A DNA stretch of 12,439 bases from Promethearchaeota archaeon. GTDB lineage: Archaea; Asgardarchaeota; Lokiarchaeia; Sigyniarchaeales; SOKP01. The position numbers and the translations under genes were made by a program. Positions 1-7,933 of this stretch are shown here, in pieces (position 1 is the first letter of the stretch; the number at the start of each line of letters is the position of its first letter). The stretch covers positions 1 to 12,439 of the forward strand of contig JBHLPW010000089.1 of the NCBI GenBank assembly GCA_048939015.1. The letters run 5' to 3'. The notes beneath the pieces were generated by a model, which was given only the letters and a program-made list of their open reading frames with translations, did no database searches and was not told where the DNA came from.

Positions 1-2405
1 AAATTGTATTTATTAATTTTAATTAGTCGATCTGTACTAGTTTTATACACCTCAAAGGCTTTATCGTATTCATGATTTCTCAAGTGATTTAGACCATCTC
101 TAAAATAACCCCTTCTGTGTACTTTTCTCTCTTTTAACTCCTTTTCTCTGTCAAGTAATGCTTCTCTTGCCTTATTTTCGATTATTGAACGCCTTTCTTT
201 TATTTCCTCTCCCTCACGAGTTTCCTTAGCTTTCTTTGTTCGAATTTTACTTTTTTCATCTTCAAGTTCTGCTATTTTTTTATGAATTTCAGTTTTATAA
301 GCTTTATTTTCAATTTTATCATTATAAACTTGCGCTAAATGCAATTCATCAAATTTGATGTAAATTTCGGCAATCTTCTTATAGATTTTATTAAAAGTAA
401 TATTAATATTCTCTTCTTTATCTAAATAAGCCATTATTAATGTTTCAACCTTTTTAACCAAAGCTTCCGCTTGAGTAATAGCAGATAAATTTTCTTCAGT
501 TTCTAATATTTTTAAAGCTTCTTTTTTAATTACTTTAATATAACTAAGAGTTATTTCTTTTGATTGTTCATAAAGCATTTGATCTCGGTATATCTTGATT
601 GAGTTCTCAAAAATTTTTGATTTTTTTTGGTATTCTTCTGTTTTTTTAAGTTCTTCTAATTGTTGTAAGTATTTCGGAAAAATTCTGACTAAATATCTGG
701 TTTTTATTTCTCCTGAAAGTTCATTAAAAAGTTTAAAAAATTCTTGAAAAATTAAACCGTCTAAAAGTATATCCAAAGATTTTGTAAGAATCTGGTCTCT
801 GATTTCTTCTTTTCCAATTTTTTTAAGATATTCTGCCTGCTTTATTAAGATATTTGCTGCCTTTAAATGATTTTTATCATCTACAAATTCATTTGCTTTT
901 AATATTTTTTTATTGTTTATCTCTGCTATGATATCAATCTCAGCCTCAGAAAAATCTCTTATTACATCTACTCCCCTATTAATATAATCTTCTACTTCTT
1001 TCTTTTTTAATGCTTCATATTTATCTTCAAATTCATCTCTATTTTTTGCTAATTGTTGTTTTAATTTTCTGGAGTTTAATTTGTCAATTAGAATTGTTGC
1101 CATTCCAAAATTGTTTACCTTAAAAAATTGATTAATTAGTTTTTCTAAAGTTGAATCTAGGTTCATCTTTTTCACTTTATAAGATTCCCACATATTTTCA
1201 AGCTCATCATAGGTATTTTTTGCAGCATGGTTTTTTTCCTCACTTATTTGTTGAGTAAAAAGCGTGATTAAGACATCAGTTAATTTTTTTGTTAGAGTTT
1301 TTAATTCTTCAGAAAGTGCTTCACGTTGGTATTTATTGATAGCTAGGTATAACTGTTCTCTAGCTGATTCAATATTGTTGATACTTACTAAATAATCTGC
1401 TGCTGAACAAATCTTGTTTGATATCTCTGTTAATATAGTAATTACTCCCTGATGAGGTAAACTATCCAAAATTCTCAATGCGTTATCAACCTTACAAGCT
1501 GAAATCCAGGAATTTATAGACAATTTAAACGCCTCATCAATAAAAGTCTTGTCTAGTGATTCTATACTAGACCATTGAGCTGCTCTTTCATAATTTTTAG
1601 CAGCTCGTTCATATTCATTTCTATTGAAAGCAAGATTTCCTTCTCTTATCATGGCATCTGCATAGAGCTTTTTAAAATTTGAAGATTTTCTTGCGTCTAC
1701 TTTTTCTAAAATCTTGCTAGCTTCTAAATAAAGATTGATTTTTGAATAAAGATACGCCGCTTGCTCACATATTATAAAATATTCTTCTTTATTATAAATG
1801 TCGGCTATTAACGCTGCCTTTCTGATAGCCTGAGCAGCATAATAATAATTTTGGTTATTAAAATAGATATTGGCCATACTAATGAAGATTGGGAACCTCA
1901 TCCAGGCATTTTCAATATTTAATGGAGTATCTCCATTAATCATTGCTAAACATAAGGATTGGAGTGCTTGATGAAAATTTTGAGGTGGTAAATTTGCAAA
2001 TGCTTCTAAACTTGGAAAATTAACCCATATATGTTGTAATAAATCATTGACGGGAATAGGGAGGATTCCATTCTGATCATGAAACATTACAATTGTAGGA
2101 ATATCATGTTTTACTGAAAAAATATCTGGGAGTATCATCTCAAATAACTCTGATTCCTCTTCATTTACAGGATTCAAAAAATATATGATTCCATCAACCA
2201 TAGGAATTATTTCATCTAAATCCGCAGAAATACTTGTAATAGCGTCAATTTCTAAATCGCAAACATCATCGAATACTTTAATTTCTTTATACCATTTGAA
2301 ATGCGTTTCTTGATCTTCCCCTGGCTCACCAAAAGCTTGGGAAACATAAAAATGGGTTGTGTCAACATCATCCCCCAAGATCAATACCGAAAAGTAATAC
2401 TTCAT
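1..2405 (-). CDS. Large protein (>801 aa, C-terminus beyond the window edge): degenerate small-GTPase-like N-terminal domain plus TPR/SNAP-like alpha-helical solenoid
   Basis: Not in the ORF track. Hand translation from ATG at 2405 gives MKYYFSVLILGDDVDTTHFYVSQAFGEPG... and stays open to position 1. The first ~165 aa have Ras-like strand motifs (FSVLILGD, DLEIDAI, VDGIIYFLNP, DIPTIVMF). The rest is helical with TPR-like segments (YYYAAQAIRKAA, GNLAFNRNEYERAAKNYERAA, GLNHLRNHEYDKAFEVY). The ORF is certain; the domain calls are by eye. Confidence 0.85.
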   Translation of the reverse strand, partial: MKYYFSVLILGDDVDTTHFYVSQAFGEPGEDQETHFKWYKEIKVFDDVCDLEIDAITSISADLDEIIPMVDGIIYFLNPVNEEESELFEMILPDIFSVKHDIPTIVMFHDQNGILPIPVNDLLQHIWVNFPSLEAFANLPPQNFHQALQSLCLAMINGDTPLNIENAWMRFPIFISMANIYFNNQNYYYAAQAIRKAALIADIYNKEEYFIICEQAAYLYSKINLYLEASKILEKVDARKSSNFKKLYADAMIREGNLAFNRNEYERAAKNYERAAQWSSIESLDKTFIDEAFKLSINSWISACKVDNALRILDSLPHQGVITILTEISNKICSAADYLVSINNIESAREQLYLAINKYQREALSEELKTLTKKLTDVLITLFTQQISEEKNHAAKNTYDELENMWESYKVKKMNLDSTLEKLINQFFKVNNFGMATILIDKLNSRKLKQQLAKNRDEFEDKYEALKKKEVEDYINRGVDVIRDFSEAEIDIIAEINNKKILKANEFVDDKNHLKAANILIKQAEYLKKIGKEEIRDQILTKSLDILLDGLIFQEFFKLFNELSGEIKTRYLVRIFPKYLQQLEELKKTEEYQKKSKIFENSIKIYRDQMLYEQSKEITLSYIKVIKKEALKILETEENLSAITQAEALVKKVETLIMAYLDKEENINITFNKIYKKIAEIYIKFDELHLAQVYNDKIENKAYKTEIHKKIAELEDEKSKIRTKKAKETREGEEIKERRSIIENKAREALLDREKELKERKVHRRGYFRDGLNHLRNHEYDKAFEVYKTSTDRLIKINKYN

Positions 2406-2432
2406 TTCTAAATCTCATCGAAAATTTTTTAC

Positions 2433-2460
2433 ATAGATATATTATCTAAGATAAATCTAT
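2433..2460. promoter_or_regulatory. Imperfect palindrome in a divergent intergenic region, possible operator
   Basis: ATAGAT-ata-TTATCT-a-AGATAA-ATCTAT: nested inverted arms 27 nt upstream of the minus-strand ATG at 2405. The AT-rich context lowers its significance. Confidence 0.25.
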
Positions 2461-2580
2461 TCTAAACACATAAAATTATGAAACTTATGAAATTCTTTTA
2501 AAAGAAAAAAAATCTTTTAATAATAATTAATTGAGTTTGCTAATTTAAATTTTTTTTTAGACCTAAAAGGAGAATAAACA

Positions 2581-3243
2581 TTGGAATACATTGAAAGGAA
2601 TTATCAGCTTATAAAACAACGAATGATTGAGCAAATGGAAAATAGTATAAAATTAGGCCGAAAATTAATTGATACTGAATTAGACACAGGTTTGCTAAAT
2701 TTTATTATAAAACCGATTGTAAAAACATTCTACGATTATTGGTCTCAAAATGATGCCCGAGAGGGTACTCTTAAACAAATCAAAATTACTTTAGAAGCAG
2801 GAAAAAAATTATTGTTTAATGGAGGTTCTGATGAAATATTCAATGAAATACTTGATGATTCTTTTCCAAAATATCTTGAAGCAGATCAAACAACACGTCA
2901 ATGCTCGCGACATCATAAAAATTATGAAAAATTAATAAATGTTACCAAGGAGACTTTTATAAATTATTTAAAGGAAGTAATAAAACTTTTAGACATTAAA
3001 GCTGAAGCAGATAATTATGGAGACTTATGTCGTGAGGCATTTCCTTCTAAGGAGGTAGCAAAACAAAATTTGATGAAACAATTAGATTTTACAGATCGAG
3101 GTATTAAAATAGTTGAGGAAGATCCAAGCATCCTTAAAGTCCCCGTTGGAAAAAAGATAATTTTAAAGGCATTAAGAAGGGGTTTCGAACAAACTAAGGA
3201 AGAGTTTACTAAAGCTCTCAATGATACTTATAACAATAAATAA
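2581..3243 (+). CDS. Hypothetical alpha-helical protein, paralog A of a tandem pair
   Basis: 220 aa ORF with a TTG start and AGGAG at 2568-2572. It aligns end to end with 3332..3991 (about 111 of 219 residues identical by hand count), which supports both the coding call and the start. Confidence 0.9.
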   Translation: MEYIERNYQLIKQRMIEQMENSIKLGRKLIDTELDTGLLNFIIKPIVKTFYDYWSQNDAREGTLKQIKITLEAGKKLLFNGGSDEIFNEILDDSFPKYLEADQTTRQCSRHHKNYEKLINVTKETFINYLKEVIKLLDIKAEADNYGDLCREAFPSKEVAKQNLMKQLDFTDRGIKIVEEDPSILKVPVGKKIILKALRRGFEQTKEEFTKALNDTYNNK

Positions 3244-3331
3244 TTAAAATATTAATTTAATAAAGAATTTTATCTAGAAAGTGTGTAAAATTTTAATTCA
3301 AATATAATTTAAATGAGATTTTTGCATAATA

Positions 3332-3991
3332 ATGGATTACGTAGATAGGAACTATAGAATCTTAGAGAAGAGGATGGTGGAGCAAATGGAAACCTCACTT
3401 TCCTACGGGAGGGATTTATTAGATTCTGAGGTTGAAGCTGGGGCACTAAATTTCGTTGTAAAGCCGATCGTCAAATCATTTTATAAATATTGGAGCGATA
3501 ACGAGGCTAAAGTAGGTACTAAAGAACAGATTCGCGTTACGCTTGATTCCGCTAGAGAGTTGGTCCGAAATGGAGATATATCAAAAGAAAAGTTTGATAG
3601 GGTTGTCAATAAGAATTTTCCTGTTTATTTAGAGAATGATCAAACAGACCGTCAGTGTAAAAAAACACACCAAAATTATCAAAAGTTGAAGGACGTAACT
3701 AAAAAATGTTTTATAACTCAAATTGAAGAAAGTATTCTGTTTCTAGATGTAAAGGATGATGTAGAAGGATATAATGCATTATCTAGAGCAGCTTTTAAAA
3801 CAAAAGAAAGAGCTTATCAAGCTTTGATACGCCAACTTGACTATAATGAGGAAGGAATTTCTGTTGTTGAAAAAGATGATACTATTCTTAAAGTTCCTGT
3901 TGGAAAGAATATTATTTTAAAAGTGCTACGATTAGGTTTTGAAAAGACTAAGGAGAAATTAATTGAAGAACTTGACGAGATATTTAATTAA
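3332..3991 (+). CDS. Hypothetical alpha-helical protein, paralog B of a tandem pair
   Basis: 219 aa ORF sharing KPIVKxFYxYWS, YLExDQTxRQCxxxHxNYxKL and ILKVPVGKxIILKxLRxGFE with the upstream gene. Confidence 0.9.
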   Translation: MDYVDRNYRILEKRMVEQMETSLSYGRDLLDSEVEAGALNFVVKPIVKSFYKYWSDNEAKVGTKEQIRVTLDSARELVRNGDISKEKFDRVVNKNFPVYLENDQTDRQCKKTHQNYQKLKDVTKKCFITQIEESILFLDVKDDVEGYNALSRAAFKTKERAYQALIRQLDYNEEGISVVEKDDTILKVPVGKNIILKVLRLGFEKTKEKLIEELDEIFN

Positions 3992-4029
3992 ATTCTCTCT
4001 ATATGAAATATTGTTAAAAAAAGAGGTAT

Positions 4030-5079
4030 ATGTTTACCTTGACTGAACTTGCTCAAGAAAAGGAGCAAAAAAATTTTCTAAGAATTATTTTTTTGAATCT
4101 TTTGATAGTAGGTTTTATTATAATCTCGTATGTATATATTTCTGAACCCTTTGGTTCAATATCTACAATTTTTATTACGAACAAGGAATTTTCAATTCAA
4201 TTCGGGGTTACTCTTCTGATTTTTACGTTTTTTTCAATATTAGGAGGTTCAATCCAAGGTTTAATCTCAGGATTTCTAGGAGAATTATTGTACCAATTAG
4301 CTTTTTATAACTCTTTTTACCTTGATTGGTGTCTTTTCGTTGCAATATTAGGATTTTTATCAGGTGTCTATAAATATCATCCTTTAAAATATCATGATGG
4401 GATAAAAGTATACTACACATTCGTCATTCTCATTATATCATCATTTATTTTATTTGGTCTCATTATTATTTTTCAACTAATTTTTTATCCTAACCAAAAC
4501 AGTGTCGAAGATATTGTAATAAACTATGGCTTTAAATTTTTCATCCAAGCGCTTATTTCAATAATTTTCTTTATACCTATACTCTTAGTCATCTACGATA
4601 GAATTCTAGCAAAAAATGAAAAGGAGTTGTATTATACAATACTAACGCATCATCCTCCTTCGGCAAGCGACCACACGTTTTATCTCAAATTTGGCAGAAC
4701 GAAAATTTATTTTTGCACTAGGTGTTCAGGCGTAATTCTTGGGGGTTTATCTGCGATGTTTACTACTTATTTAACAGCAAAAATATTGCATGTAGAATTT
4801 AGTCCAGAAATAGCATTACTTATGTGTATTCTTCTGCCAATACCAGGTTTAGCAGATTGGGGTACACAAAGACTTTTACTAAGAAAGAGTACTACCGTAT
4901 CGAGACTATTTACAGGTTTTATTATTGGATTAGCCTTACATTTTATGAGTTTTACTTATAAGTATTACTTCTACACATTATTAATATTAGTAATTTATTT
5001 CAGTATCTTTTTCCTTCTTGTATTTCTTGGGAGAAGAAAGGAAATGAGATTATGGAAGGAAGAATATGAGGACCTCTAA
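4030..5079 (+). CDS. Polytopic membrane protein: ECF S-component-like N-terminal half fused to a DUF2085-like C-terminal domain
   Basis: Many hydrophobic helices. FSILGGSIQGLISGFLGELL resembles the ECF S-component helix motif. HH...HTF...FCTRCSG...PGLADWGTQ...RKS...RLFTG matches the DUF2085 pattern (CxRCxG, DGxTQ, RxxTG). An alternative TTG start exists at 4039. Confidence 0.75.
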   Translation: MFTLTELAQEKEQKNFLRIIFLNLLIVGFIIISYVYISEPFGSISTIFITNKEFSIQFGVTLLIFTFFSILGGSIQGLISGFLGELLYQLAFYNSFYLDWCLFVAILGFLSGVYKYHPLKYHDGIKVYYTFVILIISSFILFGLIIIFQLIFYPNQNSVEDIVINYGFKFFIQALISIIFFIPILLVIYDRILAKNEKELYYTILTHHPPSASDHTFYLKFGRTKIYFCTRCSGVILGGLSAMFTTYLTAKILHVEFSPEIALLMCILLPIPGLADWGTQRLLLRKSTTVSRLFTGFIIGLALHFMSFTYKYYFYTLLILVIYFSIFFLLVFLGRRKEMRLWKEEYEDL

Positions 5080-5102
5080 GAAATATAACCAAAAAACAGA
5101 AA

Positions 5103-5603
5103 ATGGAAAATATAATTTTTATTCATGGACTAGAAAGCTCTGGTAATGGGTTTAAAGGGCAACTATTGAGAAAATTTTTACCTAGTTGCTTAACACCTAA
5201 TTTTTTACCTTATTCTTCAGAAATATCGATTAAAAATTTATTGAAAAACCGCATGGAACAACTATATCCTATTTTAAATGATAAGGAACAATGGATAATT
5301 ATTGGTTCTAGTTTTGGAGGTTTAATGGGGACACTATTTACTCTTGAATTTCCTAATAAAGTATCCAAACTAATTCTGCTTGCCCCCTATTTATCATCGG
5401 GAATTTTAAGAATTAAAAAGTATAATCCTGTTGATGTTCCAGTTTTGGTTTTCCATGGTAGACACGATAAAATTGTTTCTTCAAAACTCACACTAGTTTA
5501 TGCAGAAAAAATTTTCACAAATCTCAGTTATAATATAGTAGATGATAATCACCTACTTCATAAAACTGTTCAAGCTTTAAATTGGAAAAAAATTATTACC
5601 TAA
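5103..5603 (+). CDS. Minimal alpha/beta hydrolase (YqiA/UPF0227-like esterase)
   Basis: Oxyanion motif FIHGLES, nucleophile elbow GSSFGG (GxSxG), acid in HGRHDKIV and His in DDNHLL give a complete Ser-Asp-His triad. Confidence 0.9.
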   Translation: MENIIFIHGLESSGNGFKGQLLRKFLPSCLTPNFLPYSSEISIKNLLKNRMEQLYPILNDKEQWIIIGSSFGGLMGTLFTLEFPNKVSKLILLAPYLSSGILRIKKYNPVDVPVLVFHGRHDKIVSSKLTLVYAEKIFTNLSYNIVDDNHLLHKTVQALNWKKIIT

Positions 5604-5620
5604 TAGTTTATTTTACTGAC

Positions 5621-5653
5621 ATTTTAAAAATTGGACTCCAATTTTTTTAAAAT
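5621..5653. promoter_or_regulatory. Inverted repeat, either a terminator-like hairpin after the hydrolase or an operator for the next gene
   Basis: Perfect 9-bp arms AAAAATTGG-act-CCAATTTTT (5626-5646), extendable outward with ATTTT/AAAAT across a 2-nt bulge. It contains a T7 run and lies just before TTTATAAC at 5657-5664. Confidence 0.45.
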
Positions 5654-5656
5654 ATA

Positions 5657-5700
5657 TTTATAACTTCTTTTTTGTAGAATAAAATAAAAAAAAATGGTGA
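5657..5700 (+). promoter_or_regulatory. Putative archaeal TATA box and GGTGA Shine-Dalgarno site for the gene at 5708
   Basis: TTTATAAC at 5657-5664, and GGTGA at 5696-5700, 7 nt before the TTG at 5708. Confidence 0.45.
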
Positions 5701-5707
5701 GTAAAAA

Positions 5708-6193
5708 TTGGAATGGGAGCATTTTTTTAAAAGTATTGAATTTTGGTATAATACTTTTGTGGATTGGTATTTATCTGCACCAATATATGCACAAGTACTC
5801 GCAATTATAGGTCTAATTACAATATTTGCGCTAGCTATTACTCTTGTATATTATTTTATTAAAGGAATTGCATATTTAGTGTATTATATTTTAAAGGGAT
5901 TGTATTTGCTTCTAAAATATATTGGATATGGATTTTATAGGTTAACTGAAGGATTTTACTTATTAGTTTCAGGGAAAAATAAAATCAAAAAACAAAAAAG
6001 CTTTCAAAAAAATATTCAAAACAATATTACTTTTCATCAAAATTACATTTTAGAATATTGTAGTGAATGTGGGAGGAAACTTTCCGATAGAACGAAAACA
6101 TATTTTGCAAAAAATGGAATGGCATTTTGTGAGCACTGTGGAACACATCTAACTTTGAATCATGCTCTTAAGGCAGTAACAATCTCCCATTAG
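5708..6193 (+). CDS. Membrane-anchored protein with a C-terminal zinc ribbon
   Basis: TM helix (VLAIIGLITIFALAITLV), Tyr/Gly-rich 11-residue repeats, then CSECG...CEHCG (two CxxC knuckles). TTG start with a GGTGA site. Confidence 0.85.
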   Translation: MEWEHFFKSIEFWYNTFVDWYLSAPIYAQVLAIIGLITIFALAITLVYYFIKGIAYLVYYILKGLYLLLKYIGYGFYRLTEGFYLLVSGKNKIKKQKSFQKNIQNNITFHQNYILEYCSECGRKLSDRTKTYFAKNGMAFCEHCGTHLTLNHALKAVTISH

Positions 6194-6272
6194 TTAATTT
6201 AAATATCTTTTTATACAAAAATAATTAAAGTAATAGAGCAAAAATATAATTATAAAGGTGTAGTAAAAGTAT

Positions 6273-7931
6273 ATGTCAAAAATATATGTCTGTAGGGAAT
6301 GTGGTTATGCGTTCCCACAAGAGCTCTCTCACCTAATAGAGAGTAATATTCAAGTTTATTGTGAGAGATGTGGTTCTCCTTTTGTTTTGGAAGGAGTTGA
6401 ATTTACACCTGCACAAACTCCATATAGGAGGGGGGAAAAACCATATCAACTAATCACAGAAAAAGCTTCTTCTAATCTAGACAAACTTATACAAGGATTG
6501 AATAAAATTTCTAGTATTCCACTAGTGATTTTTATTTTTATTTCTTTTTTAGTACTAATTACTGACATTCCTGTGTATTGGGAGTTATTAGGACTTTCGC
6601 CTGGTCAATTTATATTAAATTGGATTTCAAGAATTTTACAAGCAGTCGTAGGTATAATACTCTTGACATACGATAAAGGATATATTTCTAAAAAGGTTAA
6701 GGAGAAAAAGTACAATGAAATTTTTCTCGACTCATTTTGTTGGGGGATTTTAGGTTGTATATTACATGGTCTTGGAGCAATTATATTGCTAAAAGGAATT
6801 GCTATTGCAATCCATGTCATTACAGATTCTAAAAATAAGGAATTAAAAGCGTATAATTATGGATTGCTTGCGAAAAACTCACTAAATCATTTATCTACTA
6901 AAGCTGGTTTCTTTATCATATTACTCACATTAACTCACATTGTTTCTGAAGGAGGTTTTATATTTCTAAACGCTGAGAGAATGATCATAATTGATTTTAT
7001 TGATATCATTGAAATCCCTCAAATATATTTGATTTTTGGGATTCTTCTTACAATTGCAATTATAGTCCTCCTTATTGATAAGAATATAAAAGGACAAATT
7101 ATTGACAAAGATAGTTTTCAATTAATTGATTCAATTAAATTTCTAGTGCTAGGAATTTTTGCAACAACTTTCTATGCTGCAGGGATTTTTATTTTATTGA
7201 AAGGAATTCTACTATTTATTTTGTTTACAGGGAAACCAAAAAAGGTGTTCCAACCTGTACCTACCGTAGAAAAACCATACGTTCCAACACCACCGATGCC
7301 TCCAACTCCACCGATACCTCCGCCACCTTCAACTCCAATACTAAGAAAAACAGAAATTCCAGAAAAGCCAATAATTGAAGAAAAAGTAGTTGAAACAAAA
7401 CCTGTGGAAAAACCAACTGAACCAAAAACACCTTTAATTTCAAAAAAAGAAGATATTGAAGAGAAAAAAGAAGAAATAGAAGAAACTACACGGAAGGAAC
7501 TTGAATTAATCCCAATAGTAATTGATAAGGAAGAACGAATAAAAAGAGAAGAAGAATATGAATTAAAACTACATGAATCACTCTTACCGGTAAAAGATGA
7601 AAAGGATAAGAAGTTGGTAAAAGAATACTTTTCTAAGATTTTTACTCTTTTATCCAAGGATTTAAGGAATCAAATCACAGAATTAAAAGTTTCTAAGAAA
7701 GAAAAGAGGGAGTTGTTAGAGGAACTTGCGTTCCTAACACAAGAAGAACAAGTTAAATATATTGATTCTATAGTGAGTCTATATAAAGAAATACCTAAAA
7801 AACTAATCAATAGAATTAGAAAACTTCCAAATGTTAAACCTAAACATTATGATAAGATTGTTGAACAATTAAAATTTATGGATGTAGATGAACAAATAAA
7901 ATTTGTTCAATTTTTAGAGGAAAACGCCTAA
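6273..7931 (+). CDS. Polytopic membrane protein with N-terminal zinc ribbon, internally duplicated TM region, proline-rich linker and duplicated helical C-terminal domain
   Basis: CRECG...CERCG at the N-terminus. Two TM units about 135 aa apart both end in GxxILLKGI. PYVPTPPMPPTPPIPPPPSTP is followed by a Glu/Lys-rich linker and a C-terminal two-copy repeat (ELAFLTQEEQVKYI / QLKFMDVDEQIKFV). Confidence 0.85.
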   Translation: MSKIYVCRECGYAFPQELSHLIESNIQVYCERCGSPFVLEGVEFTPAQTPYRRGEKPYQLITEKASSNLDKLIQGLNKISSIPLVIFIFISFLVLITDIPVYWELLGLSPGQFILNWISRILQAVVGIILLTYDKGYISKKVKEKKYNEIFLDSFCWGILGCILHGLGAIILLKGIAIAIHVITDSKNKELKAYNYGLLAKNSLNHLSTKAGFFIILLTLTHIVSEGGFIFLNAERMIIIDFIDIIEIPQIYLIFGILLTIAIIVLLIDKNIKGQIIDKDSFQLIDSIKFLVLGIFATTFYAAGIFILLKGILLFILFTGKPKKVFQPVPTVEKPYVPTPPMPPTPPIPPPPSTPILRKTEIPEKPIIEEKVVETKPVEKPTEPKTPLISKKEDIEEKKEEIEETTRKELELIPIVIDKEERIKREEEYELKLHESLLPVKDEKDKKLVKEYFSKIFTLLSKDLRNQITELKVSKKEKRELLEELAFLTQEEQVKYIDSIVSLYKEIPKKLINRIRKLPNVKPKHYDKIVEQLKFMDVDEQIKFVQFLEENA

Positions 7932-7933
7932 AT

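Noticed and set aside
1910-2405. Calling the N-terminal domain an active Rab/Arf-type GTPase or Roc domain
   Set aside because: It lacks GxxxxGK[ST], DxxG and NKxD, and no COR or LRR region is evident, so only a degenerate fold call is supportable.
3015-3221. 68 aa minus-strand ORF from the track
   Set aside because: It lies wholly antisense to paralog A, whose frame is validated by the paralog alignment, and has no recognisable motif.
4223-4420. 65 aa minus-strand ORF from the track
   Set aside because: Antisense shadow inside the membrane protein gene, with no independent support.
6605-6820. 71 aa minus-strand ORF from the track
   Set aside because: Antisense to the TM region of 6273..7931, with no motif or start signal.
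7172-7657. 161 aa and 60 aa (7261..7443) minus-strand ORFs with Gly-rich and Ser/Phe-rich sequence
   Set aside because: Their composition is the reverse complement of the Pro-rich and Glu/Lys-rich codons of the plus-strand gene (CCN gives Gly-rich, GAA/AAA gives Phe/Ser-rich), so they are shadow ORFs.
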